A stretch of 62,958 nucleotides of DNA, the filler included. It is 6 parts of 6 records of this genome, joined end to end, with 100 filler letters (N's around TTAATTAATTAA, not from the genome) between each part and the next. Parts side by side here need not be neighbours in the genome. Positions count along the whole stretch, not along the records: positions 48,128 to 57,639 come from SRR22947727_2853; positions 57,740 to 62,958 come from SRR22947727_2934; 4 more parts are not named here. The stretch is one strand, 5' to 3'. Positions 48,167 through 60,158 of this stretch are shown piece by piece (positions within the stretch are counted from its first letter, which is position 1; each line of letters begins with the position of its first letter). A program made the position numbers and the translations under genes. Under the pieces are notes generated by a model. It did no database searches and had not been told where the DNA came from. It saw only the letters and a list, made by a program, of their open reading frames with translations.

Positions 48167-49606
48167 ATGGATCTAGGTTTCACCACTGCTGTTTATGTTG
48201 TCGCGGCTATTCTGTTCATTCTGTCGCTTGGCGGGCTGTCAGGTCAGGAAAGCGCAAAGCGCGCCGTTTGGTATGGCATTTTTGGTATGGGGCTGGCGGT
48301 CTTGGCAACCGTTATTGGCCCAGGGGCTGGCCTTTGGCAGCTAACAGCTATATTGGTCGCGATCGGCGGATTGATTGGCTATCAGCTTGCATCAAAAGTT
48401 GAAATGACCCAGATGCCGGAACTGGTTGCGGGCATGCACGCACTAGTTGGTCTGGCTGCCGTCTTTGTCGGGTTTAACGCGCATTTTGAACTTGCAAATG
48501 TTCTAACCATGGATGACACGGCAAAAAAGGCGCTTGAAGGGTTTGCCGCATTGCTGGCAAAGAAATCGGGTGCCGAGATCAATATCTTGCGTGTTGAGGC
48601 ATCGCTTGGCATCTGGATTGGTGCGGTTACCTTTACCGGCTCGGTGATTGCTTATGGCAAGCTATCTGGAAAAGTTACATCAGCCGCAACCAAACTTCCC
48701 GGCGGGCATCTATTGAATGCCACGGCGGCGATCTCATCATTGGTTTGCCTTGGCTGGTATCTGACAAGTGGCGCATTGCTGCCGCTGGTTATTCTGACAG
48801 TCCTCGCCCTTTTCATCGGCTATCACTTGATCATGGGTATTGGCGGCGCTGATATGCCGGTGGTTGTATCGATGCTGAATTCATATTCAGGTTGGGCAGC
48901 GGCCGCGATTGGCTTTAGCCTTGGCAATGATCTGCTGATCGTTGTTGGTGCGCTTGTTGGCTCGTCAGGCGCGATCTTGTCCTACATCATGTGTAAGGCG
49001 ATGAACCGATCCTTTGTCAGTGTTATCCTTGGCGGGTTTGGCGGTACGGCTGGCCCGCAGATGGAAGTTGAAGGCGAGCAGATTGCGATTGATGCCGATG
49101 GTGTTGCAGCAGCGCTTGAAGATGCCGAAAGCATTGTCATTATCCCCGGCTACGGCATGGCGGTGGCGCAAGCACAGCAAAATGTTGCCGAACTTACCAG
49201 ACGGCTTCGGGCGAAAGGCAAAACAGTACGCTTTGCAATTCATCCCGTTGCTGGCCGGCTTCCCGGGCATATGAACGTGCTGTTAGCCGAAGCCAAAGTG
49301 CCCTATGACATCGTCCTTGAGATGGATGAAATCAATGATGATTTCCCAAGTACCGATGTTGCCATCGTGATTGGTTCCAACGATATTGTGAACCCAGCAG
49401 CACAAGACGACCCGAACAGCCCGATTGCCGGCATGCCTGTTCTGGAATGCTGGAAGGCAAAACAGGTTTTCGTATCAAAGCGAGGCCAAGGCACCGGATA
49501 TTCGGGCATTGAAAATCCGCTGTTTTTCAAAGAAAACACCCGCATGTTCTATGGTGATGCCAAAGCGTCACTCGACCAGCTATTGATGGTTATTTCGGGG
49601 CATTGA
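48167..49606 (+). CDS. pntB: NAD(P) transhydrogenase beta subunit
   Basis: [55 protein letters not shown]. Confidence 0.97.
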   Translation: MDLGFTTAVYVVAAILFILSLGGLSGQESAKRAVWYGIFGMGLAVLATVIGPGAGLWQLTAILVAIGGLIGYQLASKVEMTQMPELVAGMHALVGLAAVFVGFNAHFELANVLTMDDTAKKALEGFAALLAKKSGAEINILRVEASLGIWIGAVTFTGSVIAYGKLSGKVTSAATKLPGGHLLNATAAISSLVCLGWYLTSGALLPLVILTVLALFIGYHLIMGIGGADMPVVVSMLNSYSGWAAAAIGFSLGNDLLIVVGALVGSSGAILSYIMCKAMNRSFVSVILGGFGGTAGPQMEVEGEQIAIDADGVAAALEDAESIVIIPGYGMAVAQAQQNVAELTRRLRAKGKTVRFAIHPVAGRLPGHMNVLLAEAKVPYDIVLEMDEINDDFPSTDVAIVIGSNDIVNPAAQDDPNSPIAGMPVLECWKAKQVFVSKRGQGTGYSGIENPLFFKENTRMFYGDAKASLDQLLMVISGH

Positions 49607-49629
49607 TCCGATACCATAAACCGCCTAAC

Positions 49630-49664
49630 AAAAAGGCAGCCCTGATTGAACGGGCTGCCTTTTT
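49630..49664. terminator. Bidirectional terminator
   Basis: AAAAAGGCAGCCC...GGGCTGCCTTTTT between convergent genes. Confidence 0.88.
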
Positions 49665-49706
49665 CTTGATCTATTGTTGGCGGGTCGGATTTATCTAGCG
49701 CCCGAT

Positions 49707-51095
49707 CTAACCGGTATAGGGTACAATCAGATTATCAGGAAGCCCGACTTTGGTTGCAGCCGCGCGTTGCCGTTCGGCAAGCGCATCAACCGAGAAATCA
49801 TCAATCAGCTCATGGAATAATTCATGCCAATTCACTTCGGCACCAAGATGCATGAAGACTGACCCAAGCCCAACAGCCGCCCGATCGGTCAACACAAATT
49901 CGCGCGGCGGTTTGATCCCGCCAATGCGTTTCAACTCGGTATGAACCTTGCCAGCCAGATCACGTCCCGCCTTACCACCCCGCATTTGCTGGATGGGACG
50001 AACCCGATTTTCAAGAAGCGGGGCATAGATAAATTCGGCCCACATATTCAAAACATCAATGGCGTCATTATCAAGCCCGACAAAGCCCCAGCGTTCATAG
50101 GCATCGACGGCCTGATCACGGTTATTATCGCGAAGCGCCTTATAAAGTTCGATCACACCAGCGACAAATTGCGGCCGGAACAGGCGGATTGACCCGAAAT
50201 CCATAAGATTGATGCTGTGATCCTTGGCAATCGAATAATTGCCAAGATGCGGATCACCATGAATGACGCCATAATAATAAAACGGCACATACCAGACCCG
50301 AAACATGGTTTTCGCAATTTCATTGCGCGTTGCCTGATCGGGGTTGGTTTCAAGAAAGGCCATTAGCCGCTGGCCTTCAAGCCAGTTCATGGTCAAAAGC
50401 CGGTTTGTCGATAATTCCGGAATATGGCTTGGCACCTGCACCTTTGTCTCATCAGCAAGCATATGCTGATAAAGCTGCATATTCATCGCTTCGCGACGGT
50501 AATCAAGCTCTTCTAAAAGTCGCTCGGATAACTCGTCATAAATATCGGATGTCGAAATCGCCGAATCATAACGCTCATACAGCTGGAATAGCAATTTCAG
50601 CTGTTTCAGATCGGCCTCGATCGCCGAATTCATATCGGGATATTGTAGTTTCACCGCCAAAGGCGCGTTATCCAGCCCCATCGCCTGATGAACCTGTCCA
50701 AGCGATGCCGCCGATACAGCATCACGGCCAAAGCTGCTGAATTTTTGCTGCCAATCAGCACCAAGCTCGGCCGCCATGCGGCGTTTGGTAAACAGCCAGC
50801 CCATTGATGGCGCATCGGCCTGCAACCCTGCCAGCTCTTCGGCATATTCTGGTGGCAACGCATCGGGAATGGTTGATAGAATCTGCGCCACTTTCATAAT
50901 AGGGCCTTTCAGCCCACCAAGTGCTTGCCGCAAGTCAGCGGCATGTTTACCGCGATCAATTTCCCAACCAAGATAGCGTTCACCGGCAACCCGCGCCGCA
51001 AGGCCGCCCATTGTTGAGGTTACTTTTGCATAACGGCGGATACGGCCGCCAAACTGCCGGTTGCTGGCTGCATCATGATCACCGCTCATTGCCAT
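49707..51095 (-). CDS. AarF/ABC1/UbiB-family atypical kinase
   Basis: AASLGQVH, VKLQYP, EELDY, HGDPHLGN, DFG. Confidence 0.92.
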   Translation of the reverse strand: MAMSGDHDAASNRQFGGRIRRYAKVTSTMGGLAARVAGERYLGWEIDRGKHAADLRQALGGLKGPIMKVAQILSTIPDALPPEYAEELAGLQADAPSMGWLFTKRRMAAELGADWQQKFSSFGRDAVSAASLGQVHQAMGLDNAPLAVKLQYPDMNSAIEADLKQLKLLFQLYERYDSAISTSDIYDELSERLLEELDYRREAMNMQLYQHMLADETKVQVPSHIPELSTNRLLTMNWLEGQRLMAFLETNPDQATRNEIAKTMFRVWYVPFYYYGVIHGDPHLGNYSIAKDHSINLMDFGSIRLFRPQFVAGVIELYKALRDNNRDQAVDAYERWGFVGLDNDAIDVLNMWAEFIYAPLLENRVRPIQQMRGGKAGRDLAGKVHTELKRIGGIKPPREFVLTDRAAVGLGSVFMHLGAEVNWHELFHELIDDFSVDALAERQRAAATKVGLPDNLIVPYTG

Positions 51096-52873
51096 TATTT
51101 CAGTCCTTCCAACTCGTCAATCATGCCACTAATCATATCCAGCCCAAGCGACCAGAAAGCTGGCTTGCTGGCATCAAGGTCAAAATGTTGCAAGGCCACA
51201 TCATAACGTTCGGTGCCGCCAGCCTTTAGCAGATTTTTATAGTTCTGGATAAACAGATGGTCGGTCTTGCTGGCCTGCGCCAATTGATATTTCTGCCAAA
51301 GCGCATTCACCAAACAATCACCAAATGCATAGGCGTAAACATAAAATGGCGTATGGATGAAATGCGGTACATAGCCCCAGATCGGCCGATAATCATCGCC
51401 AGTTTTAATCGCTGGCCCTAGCGCAGCCCGCTGGGTTTCCATCCAGATATCCGAAATTTCTTCAGCCGTCAGTTCGGCTTTGGCACGCGCCTGATGCAAT
51501 TCGGTTTCAAAATTATGAAACGCAATCTGGCGTACAACCGTATTCAGCATGTCTTCGACCTTGCCCGCCAGTAATAGCCGCCGCGATTCGGCATTGGTTT
51601 GGCTATCAACAAGCTGGCGAAAGGCCAGCATTTCGGCAAAAACCGACGCTGTTTCGGCAAGGGTAAGCGGCGTATCAGACATTAAATAGCCCTGATCGGC
51701 CGCCAGCACCTGATGGATTCCATGCCCCATTTCATGTGCCAAAGTCATCACATCGCGCGATTTTCCAGCAAAATTCATCAAAATATAGGGATGCGCTGAT
51801 GGCACAACCGGATGCGAGAATGCGCCCGAGCTTTTGCCCGCCCGCGGTGCCGCATCAATCCAGTTCTTCTCGAAAAACGGCAAGGCAATCTTGGCCATTT
51901 CGGGATCAAAGCCGTGAAATGCATCAAGCACAATCTGCTTTGCTTCACCCCATTCATAATGCCGGTCATCATCACCGGGCAATGGCGCATTACGATCCCA
52001 CCAGTCAATTTGCTTTTTACCCATCCAGCGAGCTTTGAGGCTGTAATAGCGATGCGACAGATCAGCATTGCGGTCATTCACTGCCTGCACCAGCGCATCA
52101 ACAACATGATCATCAACATCGTTTGCCAGATTGCGCGATGATACTGGCCGCGCAAAACCGCGCCAGCCATCTTCCATCTGCTTATCCTTGGCGATGGTAT
52201 TCATCACCAACGACAGCAATCTTTGATGATCTTTCAAAGTTGTTGATAAAGACTGGCCTGCCTCTTTGCGCTTGGCTGCATCGGTGCTGGATAGCGCATC
52301 AAGAATTTCCGCTTCGGTTACATCGGTGCCTTGAAACGCAAACCGCATTGCCGTTGTGGTTTCATCAAATAATCGCACCCAAGCTCCGGCACCGGTTGGC
52401 GCGCGTTCGGCAATCATTTTTTCAATTTCATCAGATAATTGGTATGGCGCCATTGCCCGCACCCGCCGTAACCAGGGTGAAAACCGCGCCAAACCAGCAT
52501 CGTCAAGCAAGCCGTCAACATGATCTTGATCAAGGCGCGCAAGCTCAAGCTCGACAAATAAGAGCGCCGCGCCAATTTCAGATCCAGCTTCGCGCACCGA
52601 TTGGTGATGTTTGGCGATTGCCGGATCATTTGTATTGGCTGCAAATAGCAATTGAGCGTGGCTTTGTACCTTGCCCAGCTGTTCGAGAACCGTCTCATAG
52701 GCGGTGATTACAGCAGCAAGTTCGGCTCCTGAAATCGTGGCAATCTTCCCCTGCCAATCAGCCGCAAGCGCTAATGCGGCCTTGCGGCAGGCGACAATAT
52801 CGGTTTGCACAGCTGGGGAATCAACCCCGTCATAAAGGTCAACCAAGCTCCAAATTGGACAGGAATCAGGCAT
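51095..52873 (-). CDS. pepF: Oligoendopeptidase F (M3B)
   Basis: HPYILMN, TLAHEMGH, AETAS, HFIHTPFYVYAYAFG. Confidence 0.92.
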   Translation of the reverse strand: MPDSCPIWSLVDLYDGVDSPAVQTDIVACRKAALALAADWQGKIATISGAELAAVITAYETVLEQLGKVQSHAQLLFAANTNDPAIAKHHQSVREAGSEIGAALLFVELELARLDQDHVDGLLDDAGLARFSPWLRRVRAMAPYQLSDEIEKMIAERAPTGAGAWVRLFDETTTAMRFAFQGTDVTEAEILDALSSTDAAKRKEAGQSLSTTLKDHQRLLSLVMNTIAKDKQMEDGWRGFARPVSSRNLANDVDDHVVDALVQAVNDRNADLSHRYYSLKARWMGKKQIDWWDRNAPLPGDDDRHYEWGEAKQIVLDAFHGFDPEMAKIALPFFEKNWIDAAPRAGKSSGAFSHPVVPSAHPYILMNFAGKSRDVMTLAHEMGHGIHQVLAADQGYLMSDTPLTLAETASVFAEMLAFRQLVDSQTNAESRRLLLAGKVEDMLNTVVRQIAFHNFETELHQARAKAELTAEEISDIWMETQRAALGPAIKTGDDYRPIWGYVPHFIHTPFYVYAYAFGDCLVNALWQKYQLAQASKTDHLFIQNYKNLLKAGGTERYDVALQHFDLDASKPAFWSLGLDMISGMIDELEGLK

Positions 52874-53060
52874 ATCAAAGCTTCACTTTTCTAACAGAAC
52901 CAACCATAGCTACGGCAAGGGTCAACCGTACCTTGTTGTTATATGAGCATAGGCAAGAGCTTTCTCAAGGATGTTTTTCAAACCTTTTAGATTTATCCCT
53001 TCGATATTTGCTTCACGCTTGCTCCAAAATTTAAATTGCGTTAGCGTTTGTTTGCTCGAT

Positions 53061-53322
53061 ACATGAGAGGGGAGAGATTGCTGGCCGCCGAACGAGCGAT
53101 AGCAGCAACACCGAAGGAGCAAATCCCCAGAAACTCTCAGGTAAATGTACTCTTTCATGTGAGCGCTCTGGAAAGTGACACGGCAGTGTCCACCGAAGGG
53201 GAAAACTGGTGATCTTATGAATCAGCCAGAATTGGCATAAGGTTCAAACGATCATCCAATCAGGTCACTAAAGGACATGATTGGAAACAGCTAATCTCTC
53301 AGGTTCCGCGACAGACGGGGCG
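53061..53322 (+). ncRNA. Tandem glycine riboswitch
   Basis: Two aptamers, GGAGAG..CCGAAGGAGCAA..CTCTCAGG and CTCTGGAAAG..CCGAAGGGGAAA..CTCTCAGG..GACAGA, upstream of gcvT. Confidence 0.93.
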
Positions 53323-53373
53323 AATACCATCAAATGGTATTCACCTTTGACGCGTGACCAGGAGATTAAACCA

Positions 53374-54468
53374 GTGGAAAAACAACGGACCCCACTCTAT
53401 GATTTTCATATTGCCAATGGCGCCCGCATGGTGCCTTTTGCCGGATGGGATATGCCTGTTCAATATGCGGCCGGTATCAAGGCCGAACATCTGGCAACCC
53501 GCAATGGCGCAGGATTATTTGATGTTTCGCATATGGTGCAGGTCGAATTATCCGGCAATGGGGCTGATGCCTTTTTTGAACGTCTGACCCCAACCGATAT
53601 TGGCGCAGTTGCCGAAGGGCGCGTTCGCTATTCAATGCTGCTGAATGACGCTGGCGGTGTTCTTGATGATTTGATGGTGGCGCGGCTTGATGGCAGGCTG
53701 CACCTTGTTGTCAATGCTGGTCGAGCCACGCATGACATTGATCATCTTCGCCAAAATCTTGACGATAGCACCAAGATGGATGTTCATCATGATTGGGCGC
53801 TTTTGGCGCTTCAAGGCCCAAAAGCGGCGCAAGTTCTAAACAGTCTTGGCCTTGATCTGGACGGGTTCCGCTTTATGGATATCCGCCATTTCACCCTTGG
53901 CGCGGTTCCGCTTGTGATCGCGCGGTCTGGCTATACTGGCGAAGACGGATTTGAAATTTCCATGCCCGCCAATGTCGCTGTTGATATTGCCGAAACCCTA
54001 ATGGCGACAGGTGATGTCACGCTTGCCGGTCTTGGTGCCCGCGATACATTACGTCTTGAGGCAGGCCTGCCGCTATGGGGGCATGAACTTGACGAAACCA
54101 TTACCCCAACCATGGCCGGGATACGATTTGCCCTGTCAAAAAAGCGGCGTAAAGCGGCTGATTTCCCCGGTGCCGATGTCATTCTTGATGAATTTGCAAA
54201 TGGTCCGAAACGACAGCTTGTCGGTTTATTGGCAAGCGGCGCACGGCCGGTTCGCGATGGCACTATCCTGCTTCATGACGGTGTTGACATTGGCATCATC
54301 ACATCGGGTGGTTTTTCGCCAAGCCTCGATCGCCCGGCCGCACTTGGGTTTGTTGAGACCCATCTTGCCACTGACGGCACCATCATTGCCGCCGCCACAA
54401 GAGGCGGTAACACCCCCATTACCGTGGTGAATTTGCCACTCGTCCCACATCGCTATTTTCGCGGTTAA
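53374..54468 (+). CDS. gcvT: Glycine cleavage aminomethyltransferase T
   Basis: FAGWDMPVQY, FDVSHM, RSGYTGEDGFEI, GLGARDTLRLEAG; GTG start after GGAG. Confidence 0.96.
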   Translation: MEKQRTPLYDFHIANGARMVPFAGWDMPVQYAAGIKAEHLATRNGAGLFDVSHMVQVELSGNGADAFFERLTPTDIGAVAEGRVRYSMLLNDAGGVLDDLMVARLDGRLHLVVNAGRATHDIDHLRQNLDDSTKMDVHHDWALLALQGPKAAQVLNSLGLDLDGFRFMDIRHFTLGAVPLVIARSGYTGEDGFEISMPANVAVDIAETLMATGDVTLAGLGARDTLRLEAGLPLWGHELDETITPTMAGIRFALSKKRRKAADFPGADVILDEFANGPKRQLVGLLASGARPVRDGTILLHDGVDIGIITSGGFSPSLDRPAALGFVETHLATDGTIIAAATRGGNTPITVVNLPLVPHRYFRG

Positions 54469-54495
54469 ACATATCAAAGCCATAAGGAGATAATC

Positions 54496-54858
54496 ATGCT
54501 TAAATTTTCTGAAGATCACGAATGGGCCAATCTAGATGCCGATATTTGCGCGGTTGGTATTTCACCGCATGCGGTTGAACAGCTTGGCGATATTGTTTTT
54601 GTTGAATTGCCCGATATTGGTCTGGCAGTGAATAAAGGTGATGCCGTTGCCGTCTTTGAGTCGGTCAAGGCCGCATCGGATATCTACAGCCCTGCCGGTG
54701 GGGAAATCGTCGAGGTCAATAATGCGCTTCTTGACGATCTGACCGCAATCACGCCCGAAAGCGCAATGGCCAACTGGCTTTTTAAAATCAAAATCAATGA
54801 TGCTGGTGACCTTGAGTCACTTATGGATGAGGCCGCCTATAATGCCATGATTGGCTAA
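54496..54858 (+). CDS. gcvH: Glycine cleavage H protein
   Basis: [13 protein letters not shown], lipoyl ESVKAASD. Confidence 0.96.
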   Translation: MLKFSEDHEWANLDADICAVGISPHAVEQLGDIVFVELPDIGLAVNKGDAVAVFESVKAASDIYSPAGGEIVEVNNALLDDLTAITPESAMANWLFKIKINDAGDLESLMDEAAYNAMIG

Positions 54859-54949
54859 CCGGCATCGCCTAGTCACTTTACGGCAATCCGGCTTGGCCGA
54901 CCATTGCCGTTCTTGCCCAAATGGGCCGTTATTTTCGAAAGGACGCATC

Positions 54950-57639
54950 ATGTCATCACTTCCTTCGCCACAAGCCGCCTTTGCCAGCCGCCATATTGGC
55001 ATTAACGAAACCGATATCGACAAAATGCTTGATGCGGTTGGCGCACCCTCGATGGCGGCATTACTCGATTCGGTAATTCCCGAAAATATTCGCCGCCAAA
55101 GCAAAATGACCTTGGCACCAGCCCTTTTGGAACATGAAGCATTGGCTGAATTAAAGAGCTTTGCTGCCAAAAATCAGGTCAAAACATCACTTATCGGCAT
55201 GGGCTATTATAATTGCCACACCCCGCCAGTGATCCAGCGCAATATTCTGGAAAATCCGGCATGGTACACTGCCTACACTCCCTATCAGCCGGAAATTTCC
55301 CAAGGGCGTCTTGAGGCGATTTTAAATTTCCAAACAATGATCATCGATTTAACCGGCATGGATATCGCCAATGGATCGCTTCTTGATGAAGCCACCGCCG
55401 CTGCTGAGGGCATGGCATTGGCAAGCCGTATGCATAGACCCAAGGGCAACCGTTTTATCGTTGATCCCGATACGCATCCGCAAACCATTGCCATTTTAAA
55501 AACCCGCGCTGAACCGCTTGGCATCATCATTGATGTTCAGCCCATTGGCGACTCAATACCCGATGATTGCTTTGGTGGCTTGCTGAGCTATCCGGGCAGT
55601 TGCGGTGCCATTCATGACCTATCGGGCGCGATTGCCACCATCCATGATGGCGGCGGCTTGGCCGTTGTTTGCGCCGATCTTTTGGCGCTGACCCTGCTGA
55701 CACCACCGGGCGAAATGGGTGCCGATATTGTCGTTGGCAGTGCACAAAGATTTGGCGTGCCATTCGGCTTTGGCGGGCCGCATGCCGCCTATTTTGCGTG
55801 CAGCCAAGCCTTGCAAAGGTCAATCCCCGGACGGTTGGTCGGGGTGTCGCGCGATTCCAGTGGCCGCCCTGCTTACCGGCTGGCACTGCAAACCCGTGAA
55901 CAGCATATCCGCCGCGAAAAAGCCACCTCCAACATCTGCACCGCACAGGCGCTTTTGGCGATTATGGCAAGTTTCTATGCGGTTTGGCATGGCCCAGAAG
56001 GGCTGCAAAACATCGCGTCACATAGCAACCGGCAAGCACGGCGTTTCGCCGCCGCAATGATGGCGGCTGGCCGTACCATTCGGCATCAGGCATTTTTTGA
56101 CACGGTCGTGATCGAAGCGGCGGATGATCGTGATGCGCTCATGGCGGCGGCAGTGGCGGCTGGCTTTAACCTTCGGCAATTAGATCATGCGGTTGCCGCA
56201 AGCTTTGATGAAACGATTGATGATGATGCTCTTACCACCATCATCAGGGCGCTTGGTGGGCGTTTAGGCGATGATCACCTTGACAGCATTCCGTCACAAC
56301 TCGGCCGAAGCAGTCCGTTTTTAACGCATCATGTGTTTCATCAATACCGTTCGGAAACTGAAATGCTGCGCTATATGCGGCGGCTTGCTGATCGTGATCT
56401 TGCGCTTGACCGCTGCATGATTCCGCTTGGATCATGTACCATGAAACTAAACGCCACTGCCGAAATGATGCCCATCACATGGCCCGAATTTGCCAATATT
56501 CATCCCTATGCGCCTGATGATCAAACCAGTGGCTATCGTGAGATGATTTCACGGCTTGAGGAGATGCTGTGCCAATGCACTGGCTATGCCGCAATGTCCT
56601 TGCAGCCAAATGCCGGCGCGCAAGGCGAATTTGCCGGATTGCTGGCGATTTCACGCTATCACCAATCACGCGGCGATCATGACCGCAATATTTGTCTCAT
56701 TCCATCATCGGCGCATGGCACCAATCCGGCATCGGCAGCAATGGCCGGCATGAAAGTCGTTGTGGTCAAATGCGATGCAAATGGTGATGTCAATCTTGAT
56801 GATTTACGCGCCAAGACCGCCCAATATGAAACCAATCTTGCCGCCTTGATGGTCACCTATCCGTCAACGCATGGTGTGTTTGAAGAAGCCATTGCGGAAA
56901 TTTGCGATATCATTCATCAGGCAGGCGGGCAGGTCTATGTCGATGGTGCCAATTTAAATGCACTTGTTGGTCATTGCGCCCCGCCCGAATTTGGTGCCGA
57001 TGTCAGCCATCTCAATCTGCATAAAACCTTTTGTATCCCGCATGGTGGTGGCGGCCCAGGCGTTGGCCCGATTGGTGTTGCGGCGCATCTGGCACCATTT
57101 CTGCCCGGATCACCGCTTGATGGCATTGGCGCTGTTAGTGCGGCACCCTTTGGCTCGGCAGGCATTCTGCCCATCACCTATGGCTATATTCGCATGATGG
57201 GGCCAGACGGGCTTGGCGCTGCCACTGCCGCGGCAATCTTGTCGGCCAATTATATTGCCAAGCGGCTTGCCGGTTCCTATCCGCTGCTTTACACCGGCCG
57301 CAATGGGCGTGTGGCGCATGAATGTATCATTGATATCCGGCATATTCAGGAGGCGCATGGCATCAGCAATGAAGATATTGCCAAGCGGCTGATTGATTAT
57401 GGCTTTCACGCGCCAACCATGTCATTTCCGGTTGCTGGCACCTTGATGATCGAGCCAACCGAGTCTGAATCACTTGCTGAAATTGACCGGTTTTGTGACG
57501 CCATGATTGCGATTGCCGCCGAAATCCAATCCATCGCTGATGGCATATGGCCAAAAAACAATAACCCCTTGGTCAATGCACCCCATACCGCCGATGACAT
57601 TATGGAAGATGACTGGACGCGCCCCTATAGCCGCAAACA
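54950..57639 (+). CDS. gcvP: Glycine dehydrogenase P (3' truncated)
   Basis: [35 protein letters not shown]; start revised to MSSLP. Confidence 0.97.
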
Positions 57640-57739
57640 NNNNNNNNNNNNNNNNNNNNNNNNNNNNNNNNNNNNNNNNNNNNTTAATTAATTAANNNNN
57701 NNNNNNNNNNNNNNNNNNNNNNNNNNNNNNNNNNNNNNN
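57640..57739. other. Artificial contig linker
   Basis: N run with TTAATTAATTAA. Confidence 0.99.
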
Positions 57740-58163
57740 CTTCTAAATGATCCATTTCATGCTGAATACATGTAGCTAATAATCCTTCAGCTTTTAATTC
57801 TTGTTTTTGCCCATTATAATCCAAATAACTAATATGACATTTGTCTGGCCTGTCTACTTCAGCAAATTGCCCTGGAACCGAAAGGCATCCTTCTTCATAA
57901 GTAGAATTTATTTCAGATTTAACAATAATTTTTGGGTTAACAAAATACATTGGGGTTTTTTTTTCATCTCTAGAAAGATCAATTACAATCACTCTCTTAG
58001 GTACACCTATCTGAATTGCAGCTAAGCCAATACCTGGAGCGTCATACATTGTTTCCAACATATCATCCATCAATTTTCTAATATTATTGTCCACTTTTTC
58101 TACGTCTGTAGATTTTTGTCTTAAAAAAGGATCTGGTTCAGTTAAAATTTTTCTAATAGCCAT
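57740..58163 (-). CDS. def: Peptide deformylase (3' truncated)
   Basis: [20 protein letters not shown]. Confidence 0.96.
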
Positions 58164-58183
58164 TATTCATAATTATAATAAAT

Positions 58184-59926
58184 TTATACTCTTTCTGGAA
58201 GCGTCATTAATAAAATTTTTTCATTAAGCTTTTTTAGTCCAGCTTCAAGAAATAAATGATTAATAAAATATAAAGTTTGAACATCTAAATTTACAATTTC
58301 ATCTTCTCCAACCAATTCAACAATTCTTAACAGTAATAATCCTATTTCCTTGTTTTTAACCATATTAATTAACTCGATAGGTGCAGAATTGTCTTTTTTA
58401 ATATTTGCATAATTTATATCATCAGGTAAAACAAATTTATTATTTTCTAATGACTCAAATAACATTGCGTCTTTAATTGATATTTTATATTTTTTATTTT
58501 TTTTAATTTGTTTGTAAACATTTTCAAAATCCTTAGATAATTTATTCAAAGATGGATCTTTTTCAGTATAAAACTTTAAAATTCTTGAGGAATAATAGTT
58601 GTCATCATTATATCTGATTTTTTTTGGTATTTCTTTTTCTTCTAATATGATGTTATTTTCAACTAATGTCCTGTATCCCGCAGGAATTCCCTCTTTTTTA
58701 ATTTCAATCAGCTGATCACTTAAAAATTTTCTAAAAATATTTTGCAATTTGTTTTCTTTATATAAATCATTAAGTATAAAAAGATACTTAAGTTTATTAT
58801 CTGTATTATCTGATAATAAAATTTTTTGAAAAATTAAAGCTCTTGAGTCAACAGGATGAAGTTTTTTATAGTTATTATCTACATCAAGAAAATCATTCAG
58901 ACTAAATTTAATATTTTTATATATATTAAGGATGTAAGAAAATTCTAAACTTCCTAAATCTGCAGCAATTTCTAATTCGTTAATAAATTCTTTGTTTTCG
59001 TAGTCCTCAAATTTTAATAAATTGGCTGAAGTAATATATTGCCATATTTTTTTATTAGTTTTTTTGTTTGGTTTATAATCAAAATTTTCAACTGTTATTG
59101 ATGACAGGTAAAAATTTAAAAGTGATGTATCATCAATTTTATTGTCTTTTTTCTCTACAATACCCAATAAGTAATTTGTTTTGTCGTCAAAAAACTTATC
59201 AGACAATTTTTGCTCTTTAAGTAAATCATGAACTAGTTGTGCTTCATTTTTCTTATTAGAATTTATTAAACAAATTACTCTAAACTTGTCTAAATAATTA
59301 TCTTTAACGCTGTTATCAATTAAGTTAGTTTTTTCACATGCGTCTTGAATATTTCCTTTTGAAATATTTTCATCTACCAAATATTTGATTATTTTTTCTT
59401 TATTGGGAAAGTCATTATTCTTATTAAGAAAAGAAGATATTAAATCATTTCTTTTATTTTTTATTAGCCAGTTTATTTTGTAATTAACAAATTCTTCATC
59501 TGTCATATTACGTCCGGGTAAATATGAAATAGTATATAAAGTATTGATTAATAACTCTTCTGAAAAAGAAGATAATTTTATTTTTTCTATTCTTTCAATT
59601 GTATCTTTAACTCTTGTTCCTTCTGAATTAACCCACATATCTAAAGTTAAATTATTCTGCTCAGGCTCAAAAATTCCATAAACAGAATTTTTATTATCTG
59701 TTAAGGCATTATCACTTAGAATGATGTTAGTTTTAATTTCTTGATTGACGTTTATTTTAGATTGATTTTGATCTACGGAAATATTTGATGAGTTAGTAGA
59801 AATAATTTTTTTCTCTAAGTTTTCTTTTTTCCAAATATCTACTTCTTCACTTAATAAAGATGATGAAAAAAAAATTGAAATAAAAAATAAAAATAAATTT
59901 TTTTTATTTAAGTTTAATGATTTCAT
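58184..59926 (-). CDS. Conserved hypothetical exported protein
   Basis: 580 aa, signal peptide, helical, SAR11-like AT bias. Confidence 0.75.
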   Translation of the reverse strand: MKSLNLNKKNLFLFFISIFFSSSLLSEEVDIWKKENLEKKIISTNSSNISVDQNQSKINVNQEIKTNIILSDNALTDNKNSVYGIFEPEQNNLTLDMWVNSEGTRVKDTIERIEKIKLSSFSEELLINTLYTISYLPGRNMTDEEFVNYKINWLIKNKRNDLISSFLNKNNDFPNKEKIIKYLVDENISKGNIQDACEKTNLIDNSVKDNYLDKFRVICLINSNKKNEAQLVHDLLKEQKLSDKFFDDKTNYLLGIVEKKDNKIDDTSLLNFYLSSITVENFDYKPNKKTNKKIWQYITSANLLKFEDYENKEFINELEIAADLGSLEFSYILNIYKNIKFSLNDFLDVDNNYKKLHPVDSRALIFQKILLSDNTDNKLKYLFILNDLYKENKLQNIFRKFLSDQLIEIKKEGIPAGYRTLVENNIILEEKEIPKKIRYNDDNYYSSRILKFYTEKDPSLNKLSKDFENVYKQIKKNKKYKISIKDAMLFESLENNKFVLPDDINYANIKKDNSAPIELINMVKNKEIGLLLLRIVELVGEDEIVNLDVQTLYFINHLFLEAGLKKLNEKILLMTLPERV

Positions 59927-60086
59927 TAGTAATATTTTTTTTAATTTCTTGCTTTGGTGCGGGAAAATTAAACTTACTTAGTATGAATAATCCAAGCAAT
60001 GTAATTATAATAAATATTAAGAAGTTTATTATTTTTCTTTTAATTGATGTCTTTTCAGAAAGTCGATTGTTGTAATTAATTTGCAT
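59904..60086 (-). CDS. Small single-TM protein
   Basis: One TM segment then PAPKQEIKK; divergent from aroK. Confidence 0.65.
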   Translation of the reverse strand: MQINYNNRLSEKTSIKRKIINFLIFIIITLLGLFILSKFNFPAPKQEIKKNITNEIIKLK

Positions 60087-60158
60087 AATTATATTTTAAT
60101 ATTAAACTCAATAAATAAGACAAATTTGTGATAAATCAAATTATATATTGGAGTTAAA

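Noticed and set aside
51095-52873. M3 peptidase as the processing enzyme for the phage Gly-rich proteins (analogy to OpdA and P22 gp7)
   Set aside because: Separate contig, housekeeping PepF, and no evidence this organism is the host.
52922-53158. 78-aa minus-strand ORF
   Set aside because: Antisense to riboswitch aptamer 1 and the divergent promoter region, with no protein features.
53281-53373. N-terminal extension of GcvT (likewise for GcvP, IolE and phage CobS)
   Set aside because: The extensions overlap the riboswitch, a promoter or the upstream gene. Downstream starts are better supported.
13883-57739. Five identical TTAATTAATTAA elements within N runs
   Set aside because: Artificial all-frame-stop linkers. 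Adjacency across them, such as apparent prophage integration, has no biological meaning.
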